From the IMG/VR virus record IMGVR_UViG_3300006736_000004, positions 1 to 64,000 of that record: a stretch of 64,000 nt of DNA; one strand, written 5' to 3'. Below are positions 8,221 to 17,842 of this stretch, piece by piece (position 1 is the first letter of the stretch; each line of letters opens with the position of its first letter). The translations under genes were made by a program, and so were the position numbers. The notes beneath the pieces are model-generated. The model did not search any database, had not been told where the DNA came from, and saw nothing but the letters and a program-made list of their open reading frames with translations. Source of the DNA: a virus.

Positions 8221-10371
8221 ATGCCAAATGTCAACGACTCGCTCTTTGACGCCGGAAACCGCCACCAAACTTTCCTGATCAGATTCGGCGGGTCGTCCGC
8301 CCATGAAGCGACCGCGATCCTCGACGCCGCTGAAAAGGACTTGGTCGAGCGGATTGCCCAACGAGTCGCCCGTCTTGGACCCGCCGCCGCCGCGACCAAG
8401 GGGTCCAAGCGTCTGACCTCAATCCTCGCCGCCATCCGCCAGCAAAACCGCGATCTTATCAACGCTCTTCACAAGACCACGTCGAAGAACCTCAATGGTC
8501 TGGCAAAGCAAGAGGTCGGCCTTGCATTGAAGCGATTGAATGAGGCGGTCGGCGTTGACCTCGAAAACTTCCGTCCGTCGCCCGAAGTCCTCCGAACTCT
8601 CGTCCAGAAGCGTGGTGTAGGCGGCATATCGCTCCGTAGGTGGTTCACAAGGCTTGGCCGGGACCGTTTGGGTCGGTTGGAAAGTGCCGTCAATCTGGGG
8701 GTCGTTGAGGGCGACGGCATTCCAGACATGGTCCGGCGCTTCCGGCAAGCCGAAGACGTATCGAGACGGTCGGCGGAGACCTTGGTTCGGACCCATGTCA
8801 ACCACGTTGCCAACCAATCGCGGCAAGCCCTCTACTCTGCCAACTCTGACATCGTGGACAAGCTCCGGTGGACGGCGACCCTCGACGGGCGCACGTCGGC
8901 CATTTGCCAAGCGAGAGATGGGCGGACATTCCCCTTGGACAGTGGGCCGCGCCCACCGGCACATCCGAGTTGTCGGTCGATCATGACGCCGGTCATGAAG
9001 TCATGGGATGAACTGGCAAGGCCGGGAGCATTGAAGCCGGGGCGCGGAGCGGCTGACATCAACCGGCTATTCAAAAAGAACTTGGCGAAGCAAGGATTCA
9101 CCCCGGAGCAAATCAAGGGCATCCGGCGCAACACCCGCGCTTCGATGAACGGACAAGTGCCGCGCACCCAATCTTACCAGCAATGGCTCAAGCGCCAACC
9201 TCCGGAGTTCCAAGACGAGGTTCTTGGCTCGACCAAGGGACGGTTGTTCCGTGAGGGCAACGTCAAGCTCACCCGATTCGTTGACAACTCGACGGGGCGG
9301 GCGTTCACCTTGGACGAGATTCGTCGCCAGAATGAGAAGCCTTGGATGTCGATTGTCTCTGGCGTCCCGCAAGCTCCCATCAAAGTGGGCATGATAGACG
9401 CCGCCTTCGACGCTTCGACTGAAGTCGGCAAGCTCCATGAAGCCGCCCTTGGCGATGCGCCCGCCTATATCAAGAACGCCGCCTTGGCGTTGAAACAACT
9501 CCACCTTCTCAAGCCAGAAAAAGACAAGGATGGCTTTTACAATCCGGGGACGGGGGGCATTCATATGGGGATCAAAGACCCCACGGATTCCGTCCGGCGC
9601 ACAGAAGGGACATGGCGGCATGAGGTCGGCCATGCGATTGACCATGATGCGGCGGCACCCGGATTCTCATATGCCACTGAAAGCCCCGCCTACAAGAAAG
9701 CGATGAAGAAAGACCGTGGGGTGCTTATCAAGAACAACTCGCAAGCAGGGTCGGCATTCTTTTCCAAAGATGACAGGTTCTTCGATTCAAGGGCGGCGAC
9801 GGTGAAAGCAAAGATGCGGTTGGCCCAAAACCATATTGATGCGAACGAGCGCATTGCAGAGTTGACCATCGCAAGGCGCAAGGCGTCTGAGTCCTCGCCT
9901 CTTCGGAAAGGGAAGCATCGGTTGGAGCGCGAGTGGTTCCAAGAGAAGTTCGATGCCTTCGGGATGGACTTGGCTGACGTTGAGGCGGCGCTAAAGATTG
10001 ATAATGGCTTCGATACCTTCTCGACCAGCCGCCACAAGCTGACGCAAGTCTTGGTTTCGCTTGAGCGGAAAGATGCCGGGATGATGGTCAATGACATTCT
10101 TGATTGGAACGCCTATTATAGACAGGGCAACGTCGGCAAGGTCGCTGACTTCTTCGGAGCGATCACAAAGAACCATGCCGGGTATGGTCACAGAATAAAG
10201 GGCTATTATGGAGAGGGTGTTGGTCTTCAAGAAATGGAAGCATTCTCCAACGCGACGACTTTCTTGGCAGACAAGAATCCATTTTGGGCAACCTACATGA
10301 AGCACTTGGCACCCGGAACGATGCGCGAGGCGGAAGGAATATTGAGAAGTGGCAGATCGAAGTCTAAGTGA
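8221..10371 (+). CDS. MuF/SPP1 gp7-like head morphogenesis protein with a C-terminal zincin-like extension
   Basis: WTATLDGRTSAICQARDG..PPAHPSCRS MuF core. The extension carries RHEVGHAIDH and a distal EMEAFS. Confidence 0.85.
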   Translation: MPNVNDSLFDAGNRHQTFLIRFGGSSAHEATAILDAAEKDLVERIAQRVARLGPAAAATKGSKRLTSILAAIRQQNRDLINALHKTTSKNLNGLAKQEVGLALKRLNEAVGVDLENFRPSPEVLRTLVQKRGVGGISLRRWFTRLGRDRLGRLESAVNLGVVEGDGIPDMVRRFRQAEDVSRRSAETLVRTHVNHVANQSRQALYSANSDIVDKLRWTATLDGRTSAICQARDGRTFPLDSGPRPPAHPSCRSIMTPVMKSWDELARPGALKPGRGAADINRLFKKNLAKQGFTPEQIKGIRRNTRASMNGQVPRTQSYQQWLKRQPPEFQDEVLGSTKGRLFREGNVKLTRFVDNSTGRAFTLDEIRRQNEKPWMSIVSGVPQAPIKVGMIDAAFDASTEVGKLHEAALGDAPAYIKNAALALKQLHLLKPEKDKDGFYNPGTGGIHMGIKDPTDSVRRTEGTWRHEVGHAIDHDAAAPGFSYATESPAYKKAMKKDRGVLIKNNSQAGSAFFSKDDRFFDSRAATVKAKMRLAQNHIDANERIAELTIARRKASESSPLRKGKHRLEREWFQEKFDAFGMDLADVEAALKIDNGFDTFSTSRHKLTQVLVSLERKDAGMMVNDILDWNAYYRQGNVGKVADFFGAITKNHAGYGHRIKGYYGEGVGLQEMEAFSNATTFLADKNPFWATYMKHLAPGTMREAEGILRSGRSKSK

Positions 10372-10519
10372 TTGGCTCACAGAGTACGGGGAGACCTTCG
10401 GAGAGCTTCCGACAATGGCTAGATACCCGTCAGAGGAATCAATAATCAAGGCAATGAAAGAAGCTCTCCGGACCGGCGTCGAAATCCCTGTGGAAGACCC
10501 AAAGAAATTTCTTTACTAA
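10349..10519 (+). CDS. Small protein (56 aa) overlapping the MuF stop, candidate immunity protein
   Basis: GTG-start ORF not in the track: MADRSLSDWLTEYGETFGELPTMARYPSEESIIKAMKEALRTGVEIPVEDPKKFLY. Confidence 0.55.
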   Translation: MADRSLSDWLTEYGETFGELPTMARYPSEESIIKAMKEALRTGVEIPVEDPKKFLY

Positions 10520-10806
10520 ACGCCGATCTCCAAGTCGTCCATTTCCCTTTCCCAGGGCTCTTTGTCCAAACCCTCAAACCAAGTGACGGCTCCGTCCAAG
10601 GCACCCAAGAGCGAGGGTTCATCATACGGGGCATCCCCACCCAAGCGAGTCAGAACGTCGGGGCGGGCCTTGATGTATCGGCTCCATTCCCGCTCGACAT
10701 TGATTTGCGTCTTCTTGGCAAACGGTGGGCGCTCGACCAAGCTGGTATCATGTTGAACAAGGTGGATGCGGTTGTCGTCGGTTGCGACGACGAATGTGAT
10801 CTTCAC
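10516..10806 (-). CDS. Hypothetical protein
   Basis: GTG start behind AGGAGA RBS (MKITFVVATDD...). Confidence 0.55.
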   Translation of the reverse strand: MKITFVVATDDNRIHLVQHDTSLVERPPFAKKTQINVEREWSRYIKARPDVLTRLGGDAPYDEPSLLGALDGAVTWFEGLDKEPWEREMDDLEIGV

Positions 10807-10819
10807 GGTCTTTCTCCTG

Positions 10820-10924
10820 TCAAAGCGTTGTGATGATGTCGAAGGCCAGAGGCAAGAGCCAACAAAGGCCATAAAAGTACGCCGCGACGGCGACACATTC
10901 GGCGGTAAACTTGAGCGGGTTCAT
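10820..10924 (-). CDS. 34-aa membrane micropeptide
   Basis: MNPLKFTAECVAVAAYFYGLCWLLPLAFDIITTL behind a GGAGAGACCAAATG RBS. Homologous to the peptides at 58972 and 60054. Confidence 0.7.
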   Translation of the reverse strand: MNPLKFTAECVAVAAYFYGLCWLLPLAFDIITTL

Positions 10925-11196
10925 TTGGTCTCTCCCTTGAAAAGTTGCTTGCATTCGTCAGACCCACACGATCCATCGCACGGGGCCAGATACTTGAGGT
11001 CGGACCGGATTTCTTTGGCGGTCGCTTCATGCCAAGGCCATCCGCGAGTGTGGCAACCGGGATCACCGGCTTCCCAATTCCATCCATCATTCAGATAGAG
11101 AAGGAAGCCCTCGTCCCCGTCGAGGTCGATGTTCTGGTCAACCTTCGGGTTGCCTTTGATGATCTTGCGGAGTTGGCGCATATTCATGGGCATCAT
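10921..11196 (-). CDS. Hypothetical protein (Cys-containing)
   Basis: ORF in the minus-strand island, coupled to the downstream peptide gene. Confidence 0.55.
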   Translation of the reverse strand: MMPMNMRQLRKIIKGNPKVDQNIDLDGDEGFLLYLNDGWNWEAGDPGCHTRGWPWHEATAKEIRSDLKYLAPCDGSCGSDECKQLFKGETK

Positions 11197-11360
11197 CCGG
11201 CTCCCTCAAGGGTGAGATAAAATCCGCCATTGCGTCCGCGAACTTTGGTGGGGACGGGCATAGGGCCAACTTTACGATTTTTAGATTTGATGGTAAGCCG
11301 TACTTCATTCAATGCAGCCATAACATTTCCTTTCCAGTGGATTGACACAATTTCGGGATA

Positions 11361-11558
11361 TTAGACCGTTTTCTCCGTGAACGATACGCCATTGCTTTTG
11401 GCCATTTTCTCGCCGAATTTGCGAAGGGAATTTTGGGTCTTTACTTTGCAATAATTTCCCCCGGCGGAGCGGGTGCCATCAACGGCCGTTTTGAGATCGC
11501 CATCGACAAGGTAAAGATAAGAACCTTTGGCGGTGTGTTTGAGCTGGTAGTGTTTCAT
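11361..11558 (-). CDS. Hypothetical small basic protein
   Basis: MKHYQLKH start behind an ACGGAGAGAC RBS, directly after promoter copy 2. Confidence 0.6.
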   Translation of the reverse strand: MKHYQLKHTAKGSYLYLVDGDLKTAVDGTRSAGGNYCKVKTQNSLRKFGEKMAKSNGVSFTEKTV

Positions 11559-11575
11559 GTTGTCTCTCCGTTGTT

Positions 11576-11614
11576 TGATGTTGACTAGAATAAACATATT
11601 GGTGGGGGAGTCAA
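11576..11614 (-). promoter_or_regulatory. Repeated sigma70-like promoter, copy 2
   Basis: TTGACT-16 nt-TATTCT followed by AGTCAACATCA. Confidence 0.7.
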
Positions 11615-11692
11615 CAACTTTCGGAAAAAACTTTTCAGCCCGGTCGAATGCACCCCTTGACGTTTCTGGCAAAATGGCAGACAAAGCGGGGC

Positions 11693-12634
11693 ATGGTTCA
11701 AGCGATAAAGTTTGAGAGGCCGAAGGATGCGCCAAGCCTTCTGCCGTTCATCAAGTATGCGGCAAGTCTGAATCTCACCCATGTCGAGAAGGATCGACAC
11801 GCCGGGGAAGACTGTGTCATTTGCTCGACGGGGCCAACGCTCAAGAACAAATCCATCCTTCGCCAAATCAAGCATCTTGCCAAGACGCATACCGTTATCG
11901 CGCTGAAAGAGTCTATCCCGTTTCTCAAGAGCAAGGGGATCAAGGCCAAATATGCGGTGAGCATGGACCCCGGCGGCGAGAGGCAGATTGCCCGGACTCC
12001 AATCAATAAGGATGTGATCTATTGTGTCGCATCGTCCTGTCACCCGGACTTCTTTGATTACCTTATCGAAGGCGGGTGTGAAGTCCATGTCTTCCACTCT
12101 GCTTGCGGGCAAGGGGAGCCGGATTATGAAAAGGGGATGTTGCATGACTGCGGCAACAATCAACACGCCATTGTCGAGGGTGAGTATGTCATCACAACGA
12201 TGAACGATGGATATGAGTTTTGTCCGGTGGTCGGCATGGTCAAGCAAGAGATCGAAATCTATGGTGAGAACTTCGATGGCTATGCAGACGTGATGTGCGG
12301 CGGGTTTACTGTCACCAACCGCGCTCTGGCTTTGGCAAAGTACATGGGTTTCAAGAAGCCAATCATGGCAGGGACGGACTTTGGGTGGCGCAAAGAAGGC
12401 GGGTCGCATTATTCCGATCTCGTCAAAGTGCCGACCCATGATGACCAATACATGACCGACCAAGGGCAAGTTGACGGGACGCCTTGGTTCACCAGACCCG
12501 ACCAATTAGCAAGCGCCGCCGACGTGGCGAAAAAGATCAAGGCAGACGAAGTCGAAGTCTTGGGCGATTCGCTCGCGGCGGCATTATCCAAACGTGACGA
12601 TAAATTCCTTCGGGAGATCGTCCAAGTCAAATAG
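11693..12634 (+). CDS. DUF115/Maf (MptE-like) family protein, putative ulosonic-acid glycosyltransferase
   Basis: CVICSTGPTL, AVSMDP and GGFTVTNRALALAKYMGF..IMAGTDFG motifs. Confidence 0.75.
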   Translation: MVQAIKFERPKDAPSLLPFIKYAASLNLTHVEKDRHAGEDCVICSTGPTLKNKSILRQIKHLAKTHTVIALKESIPFLKSKGIKAKYAVSMDPGGERQIARTPINKDVIYCVASSCHPDFFDYLIEGGCEVHVFHSACGQGEPDYEKGMLHDCGNNQHAIVEGEYVITTMNDGYEFCPVVGMVKQEIEIYGENFDGYADVMCGGFTVTNRALALAKYMGFKKPIMAGTDFGWRKEGGSHYSDLVKVPTHDDQYMTDQGQVDGTPWFTRPDQLASAADVAKKIKADEVEVLGDSLAAALSKRDDKFLREIVQVK

Positions 12635-12645
12635 GGAGTGTCCTA

Positions 12646-13425
12646 ATGGCTAAGTTAAAACTGAAAATTGATTCTTTGGAAGATGTCCACGAAGACATCC
12701 GGGACGCCTATGTAAAGTCCAAAACCGGCGACGGATTCGAGTTGGACTTCGGTCAAATCAAAGAACACCCCGGAGTGGCGAAGGTCCGTCAGACGGCCAA
12801 CGAGGTCGATAAAAAGCGGGTTGATGCCGAGAAGGCGTTGGCCGCGATACAAGATAAATATGGCGACATCGACCCCGAAGAAGCGCGGGCGGCAATGCAA
12901 GCGGCGGAAGAGGCGGGCGACAAAAAGATGATCGACGCCGGAAAGATTGACGAGCTTGTCAACAACAAGGTCGTCAAGATGAAGACCGACTTTGAAAAGC
13001 AGATGGCGGCTAAAAACAAGGTCATCGAAGAATTGACCGCCGGGTCAACCGCTCTGACGGGCGAGCTTGCCGATATTAAAATCTATGACGCCATCAAGGA
13101 CGCTGCTCTCGCCAAGGGTGCGCGGAAGGAAGCCTTGCCGGACATCAAGGGGCGGGCAACCGGGATGTGGTCGCTGAAGGACGGCAAGCCAACCGCCATG
13201 AACGGCGAAGAGGAAGTCTATGGCAAGTCAGGCGAGGCGCTTTCGATTGGCGAATGGGTCGAGACCTTGGCGGCTGAATCACCCCATCTTTTCGAGCCGA
13301 ATAAAGGGGGTGGTGCGCCGGGGAGCGATTCGTCGGCGTTCAGTGGCGCGAAGGTTGTCGCTCCCGTCCATGCCGGGGACAATATCGCCGCGATTGCAGA
13401 TGGCTCAATGACTATTGACCATTAG
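12646..13425 (+). CDS. Capsid scaffolding protein
   Basis: Coiled-coil protein before the coat gene, with C-terminal PHLFEP..GGGA. Confidence 0.75.
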   Translation: MAKLKLKIDSLEDVHEDIRDAYVKSKTGDGFELDFGQIKEHPGVAKVRQTANEVDKKRVDAEKALAAIQDKYGDIDPEEARAAMQAAEEAGDKKMIDAGKIDELVNNKVVKMKTDFEKQMAAKNKVIEELTAGSTALTGELADIKIYDAIKDAALAKGARKEALPDIKGRATGMWSLKDGKPTAMNGEEEVYGKSGEALSIGEWVETLAAESPHLFEPNKGGGAPGSDSSAFSGAKVVAPVHAGDNIAAIADGSMTIDH

Positions 13426-13527
13426 GTACGTTCTGGCGTAAGGTTCGCACCGGAACGATCAGTGGTCTTCCGTTAGAAAGGGTCAGTGGCCCGACTTGGT
13501 CAACTCTTTTGATGGGAGACCTTCGCA

Positions 13528-14667
13528 ATGGCGAACACCCTTACAAACATCCTTGACAAGATTCTAGCTCAAGGTCTCATGGCTTTGCGGGAAGCGGCTG
13601 TTATGCCCCGCTTAGTCAACACCGATTTTTCGGCAACCGGCGCGATGCAGGGTAGCACCGTTGACGTGCCGATTCCCAAAACACAAGCGGTCTCGACCGT
13701 CGCCGTTAGCAACGTGTTGAAAGCCCCGGCGTCGAAGGCTCCGTCCCTCGTCCAGATTTCCCTCGACCAATGGAAAATGACGGATTTTCACCTTACCGAT
13801 AAAGAACTTGCAGAGATCGACCGCAACCGGCATTTCATCCCCATGCAGACTTCCGAGGCTGCGCGGGCGCTTGCCAACAATCTCGACGTTGCGATCCACG
13901 GCAACTATACGGGCATTTACGGTTATGTCGGCACCGCCGCGACCGTCCCGTTTTCGACCGTTGCTTCCGCGACGGATGCCAGAAAGGTCTTGAACCAGCA
14001 ACTCGCGCCGATGAACGACCGGCGTGTTGTTCTTGATCCCACGGCGGAAGGCCAAGCTCTACAGCTTGCGGCTTATTCCGATGTCGAAAAATCCGATGAC
14101 CGCCCGGTGAAAATCGAAGGCGAGATTGGTCGGAAGTTCGGCATGGATCACTTCATGTCGCAGAATGTCGTCACTCATACCGGCGGCACGGCTGACGCTT
14201 CGATCACGGTTGGCTCGACCACGGCTATCGGCGTTTCGACGTTGATGTTCAAGTCGGGCGTTGGCTCCAAGACCATCGTTCTTGGCGATGTCTTCACGAT
14301 TGCTGGTGATAGTCAGACCTACACCGCCACGTCGGCCGACACGATCACGTCAACCGGCGTCAATCTCACGATTGCACCGGCTCTGCAAGTGATCGCTTCC
14401 TCGACCTCCGCGATCACCCTAAAGGCAACCCACGTTGTCAACCTCGCGTTCAATCGCGGCGCTTTCGTTTACGTCACGCGACCGCTACAAGATGCGGTGG
14501 GCGCTTTGACCGGCGGCAATCCGCAATCGGTCTTGGTGGACAACCAAACCGGCCTCACCATGAGGTTGGAAGTCGTCCGTCAGCACAAGCAAAACGCCTT
14601 CCAATTCGACATTCTGTACGGCACCAAGTTGATCCGTCCGGAGTTTGGCGTCCGAATCGCTGGTTAA
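13528..14667 (+). CDS. Major capsid protein, P22 coat family, with a Ser/Thr-rich insertion domain
   Basis: MANTLT..ALRE..MPRLVN, GSTVDVP, GDVFTIAG and FDILYG..RPEFG motifs. Confidence 0.85.
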   Translation: MANTLTNILDKILAQGLMALREAAVMPRLVNTDFSATGAMQGSTVDVPIPKTQAVSTVAVSNVLKAPASKAPSLVQISLDQWKMTDFHLTDKELAEIDRNRHFIPMQTSEAARALANNLDVAIHGNYTGIYGYVGTAATVPFSTVASATDARKVLNQQLAPMNDRRVVLDPTAEGQALQLAAYSDVEKSDDRPVKIEGEIGRKFGMDHFMSQNVVTHTGGTADASITVGSTTAIGVSTLMFKSGVGSKTIVLGDVFTIAGDSQTYTATSADTITSTGVNLTIAPALQVIASSTSAITLKATHVVNLAFNRGAFVYVTRPLQDAVGALTGGNPQSVLVDNQTGLTMRLEVVRQHKQNAFQFDILYGTKLIRPEFGVRIAG

Positions 14668-14693
14668 GACCCCTCTGCCGGTGAGCTACGATT

Positions 14694-14729
14694 GGCCCGG
14701 AATGGTTTACGCTGTTCCGGGCCTTTTTT
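14694..14729 (+). terminator. Intrinsic terminator after the capsid gene
   Basis: GGCCCGGAA...TTCCGGGCC stem followed by T6. Confidence 0.8.
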
Positions 14730-14740
14730 AAGGGAAGCAA

Positions 14741-15058
14741 ATGGCAAAGTTACCGACGATCAAGCTCCGCAATCGTGCCACCGGGCGGGTGGTAAAGCTC
14801 AATCAAACAGACTATGCGCGGGACATCTCAAAGTGGGATGGTTGGGCGGTGGTCTATGTCCAACGAGGCAACGCGACCGACGAGGAAGTGAACTTTTCGG
14901 CGGCTCAATCTGACATTGATAAATTCCGCCGCGAAGATCCGGCCCGACAAGCGTGGTCGCGGGATGACGAGCGAGCTTATAACGAAAGAAAGGTTACGGC
15001 GGGCGGTCCGGCTATCAAGCCGACGCTTATCACGCCGCAAGGGAAACCCCTTGTGTGA
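14741..15058 (+). CDS. Hypothetical protein, paralogous N-terminus with 15204
   Basis: MAKLPTIKLRN vs MARVPTVELKN. Confidence 0.6.
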   Translation: MAKLPTIKLRNRATGRVVKLNQTDYARDISKWDGWAVVYVQRGNATDEEVNFSAAQSDIDKFRREDPARQAWSRDDERAYNERKVTAGGPAIKPTLITPQGKPLV

Positions 15059-15203
15059 GACATGGTTTCGCCAAGGGATACCCATTTGGCCGGTCGCCTT
15101 CCCTGTCCCGCGCCAATGGGGGAGTAAAGGCTCTTGGTGACAAGCCGGAGCCTTTACTTTTCCGGGGGGCTGATATACGATCTCGCATAACAGGAGAAGG
15201 TAA

Positions 15204-15521
15204 ATGGCAAGAGTCCCCACAGTAGAATTGAAGAATAAGAAATCAGGCGAGGTCCGGATTTGGAACAAGTCTGACTATGACCCCAAGCGCGATTCCAATT
15301 GGAAGGTCTTGGCGGACCGACCTACCGAAGACATGGTCGCCTCTGACGAGAGCGCGGTGATTGCCGCCGTTCCAACGCCGGAACCGAAAGCCGTCAAGGT
15401 CGAAGTTGTCAAGGATTGGCGCAAGATGCGGTGGCCCGAAGCGCGGCGGTATGTCCAAACCAAAACGGGGACCGCGCCACGTTCCAAGAAACAAGCAGAG
15501 GATTTGATGGCGGCGCTTTAA
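15204..15521 (+). CDS. Hypothetical protein (post-capsid, small C-terminal helical domain)
   Basis: AGGAGA RBS, shares N-terminal motif with 14741. Confidence 0.6.
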   Translation: MARVPTVELKNKKSGEVRIWNKSDYDPKRDSNWKVLADRPTEDMVASDESAVIAAVPTPEPKAVKVEVVKDWRKMRWPEARRYVQTKTGTAPRSKKQAEDLMAAL

Positions 15522-15614
15522 CGGTTTCGGTGGGCGGGTGTGGAACCTTTGCCGGTTTGATGGAAGTGTCATGCGGCTTTCATCGCCGCCCACCGGATTT
15601 AAAGGACAGGGAAA

Positions 15615-15878
15615 ATGACTGACTTCACAAGACGAGGTTTCTTTCGAGCCGTGGGCGCATTGCTCCCCAAGGCGGCAGCGGTCGCCGTTGTCGCGCATGG
15701 GGTGGTGAAGTCTAAACCGGCCAAAGCCAGACCGGCGCAAGCGTCAACACTGGACAACCTTCCGAATCAAGGTGAGTGGGAGCCGGATGAAGCGCGTGTA
15801 TTTTATGCAAGTGCTTCCGTTTCATCCGACGATCCATTGGAGTTCGGCCCAACCTTCGCATATCGCCGGGAAGACTGA
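15615..15878 (+). CDS. Small protein with a twin-arginine-like signal
   Basis: N-terminus MTDFTRRGFF followed by a hydrophobic stretch. Confidence 0.5.
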   Translation: MTDFTRRGFFRAVGALLPKAAAVAVVAHGVVKSKPAKARPAQASTLDNLPNQGEWEPDEARVFYASASVSSDDPLEFGPTFAYRRED

Positions 15879-15881
15879 GCC

Positions 15882-16799
15882 GTGGGATACGGTGACGACC
15901 TCATGGGGACCGGCTTGGCTCGCGCCATCCGTGACCAGTACCCGGAGGCCAAGCTGGTCTTTGGGAATCCCGGCACCTATCACGACCCCAAGAACAACAA
16001 GATTTCCGTCCATTGGTCGGAGGTCTTTTTCAACAACCCCATCATTGTCCAGCCGGACGAGCCGGTGAAGGATATGGTTTGCATCCCCGATTATCCGGGG
16101 TGCCGGGTCTATCTTGACTATGAGAAGACGGAGAAAGAGGCGGACGGCAAGGCGCTGAAATATACGAAGTTCGCGTGGGCGGAGGGCTTCAAGGCTCCGA
16201 AGGGGGAGTTGTTTTTCAACAACGACGAGAAGTCCGCCGCCAGCGAAATCGCCCTCCGGTTGCCCAACCCGTTTTTTGTGATCGAACCGCACGTTGCCGA
16301 CAAGCCGTGGCCGAATAAGAAGGCATGGCCTTGGGATCGTTGGCAAGCTGTGGTCGATGCCCTTCCGGATGTGAAGTTTATCCAGATGTCGGGCGGGGAT
16401 GTCCTCGACCGTGTCCATCATGTCATGACCCCGACGTTTAGACAGGCTTGTGGCATCCTAGCTTGCGCGGGAGCGGTCGTCACGTCCGAAGGGGGACTTC
16501 ACCATGCGGCGGCGGCTCTTGACGTTCCAGCGGTCGTTTTATGGGGCCACTATACCTCGCCCGACATTCTGGGTTATGATGACCAAACCAATATCCGCCA
16601 TGCAGACGGGAACGGTTGCGGGAACACTTGGAACGAGTGTCCCGATTGCCAAGAGTCGATGCACAACATCAAGGTGGATGAAGTTGTCGAGACAATCAAA
16701 AAGGTGATTTCAGATGGACGCCATATCCATAGCCGCCAAGCAAGAGACCGATCAATCTTCCGGATGGTGGGCGCGACTGCCGAAGGAAAAGAAAAATGA
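15882..16799 (+). CDS. Glycosyltransferase family 9 (heptosyltransferase-like)
   Basis: MGYGDDLM, KKAWPWDRW and SEGGLHHAAAALDVPAVVLWG motifs. Confidence 0.85.
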   Translation: MGYGDDLMGTGLARAIRDQYPEAKLVFGNPGTYHDPKNNKISVHWSEVFFNNPIIVQPDEPVKDMVCIPDYPGCRVYLDYEKTEKEADGKALKYTKFAWAEGFKAPKGELFFNNDEKSAASEIALRLPNPFFVIEPHVADKPWPNKKAWPWDRWQAVVDALPDVKFIQMSGGDVLDRVHHVMTPTFRQACGILACAGAVVTSEGGLHHAAAALDVPAVVLWGHYTSPDILGYDDQTNIRHADGNGCGNTWNECPDCQESMHNIKVDEVVETIKKVISDGRHIHSRQARDRSIFRMVGATAEGKEK

Positions 16800-17647
16800 G
16801 TACCGCAAGCAAGCCGCAGACGCCAAGCGTCAACGTCTTCGTCCCCGACGAGCCAGCCGATCACGTCAAGCATCTCAACGCGATGGCGAAGGGGATACCG
16901 CAAGCAAGGATTCTGCCGCTTAAAAACGGTTACTCGCCATGCGATATTGCCGTCATCTTCGGGGTCGGCAAGCGTCAAGTCCCGGCAAGCTATGACCGTG
17001 GCGCGATTGTTTACGAGCATCGCTTCCGTGAGCGCAAGCCCATCATCATCCTTGAGCGCGGCTTTATCCAACGGGACAAATATTATGGGGTCGCCCTCGA
17101 CGGTCTGAATGGCTTGGGATGCTTCGGCAACGCCAACTCCAAGCCGGACCGCTGGAAGAAGCTCAAGACCAAAATCAAGCCGTGGCGCAACGGAGAATAT
17201 TTCCTTGTCTGCGGTCAAGTGCCGTGGGACGCTTCCGTCCAACATTCCAATCACACCAAATGGGTCCAAGACACCATCAAGTTGGTCGAGAGCTTGACCG
17301 ACGCGCCGGTCTATTTCAGACCACACCCGGACGTGAAGGGGAAGGTCGATTATGGAGTGCCGGAACGGGACACCACTTGGGAGCAAGACTTGGCCGGGGC
17401 AAAGGCGGTTATCACGTTCAACTCGACATCGTCAGCGATGGCGATCCTTGAGGGCATCCCGATATTTGCGGCGGACCCCGGCTGCATCGCTTGGGGCGTT
17501 GCCACCCATGAGATCACCAAAGAGGCGCTTGCCAACCCGCCCATGCTCGACCGGGAGCAATGGGCCTATGATCTGGCCTATGCCCAATGGACGGCGGAAG
17601 AGATGGAAACGGGTCAGCCGTGGCGGCAACTAGCGGGGGACGGATAG
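16796..17647 (+). CDS. Capsule-synthesis (KpsS/KpsC-like) GT-B glycosyltransferase
   Basis: ILERGF, CGQVPWDAS, YFRPHP and ITFNSTSSAMAILEGIP motifs. Confidence 0.7.
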   Translation: MSTASKPQTPSVNVFVPDEPADHVKHLNAMAKGIPQARILPLKNGYSPCDIAVIFGVGKRQVPASYDRGAIVYEHRFRERKPIIILERGFIQRDKYYGVALDGLNGLGCFGNANSKPDRWKKLKTKIKPWRNGEYFLVCGQVPWDASVQHSNHTKWVQDTIKLVESLTDAPVYFRPHPDVKGKVDYGVPERDTTWEQDLAGAKAVITFNSTSSAMAILEGIPIFAADPGCIAWGVATHEITKEALANPPMLDREQWAYDLAYAQWTAEEMETGQPWRQLAGDG

Positions 17648-17778
17648 GTGGACGACGAGGATGCCGCCAGAAGGCGCTACGAGGTCCGTTGGTGCGGATA
17701 CCATACAGTCTTGTGCCTTGGGGGTGATTGCCTTGTGTTGTCTGTACGGCGTTTTTTGGGGTTGGCCTAGTGGTTGAC

Positions 17779-17805
17779 AAAAAAAGACCCCGCCGAAGCG
17801 GGGTT
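17779..17805 (-). terminator. Intrinsic terminator of the minus-strand island
   Basis: Minus strand ACCCCGC-TTCG-GCGGGGT followed by C and T7. Confidence 0.75.
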
Positions 17806-17842
17806 AAGTTGGGAGAGAGGGGAGCTTATTCGGTCAAGATGT

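Noticed and set aside
11585-12505. 306-aa minus-strand ORF
   Set aside because: Shadow of the DUF115/Maf gene
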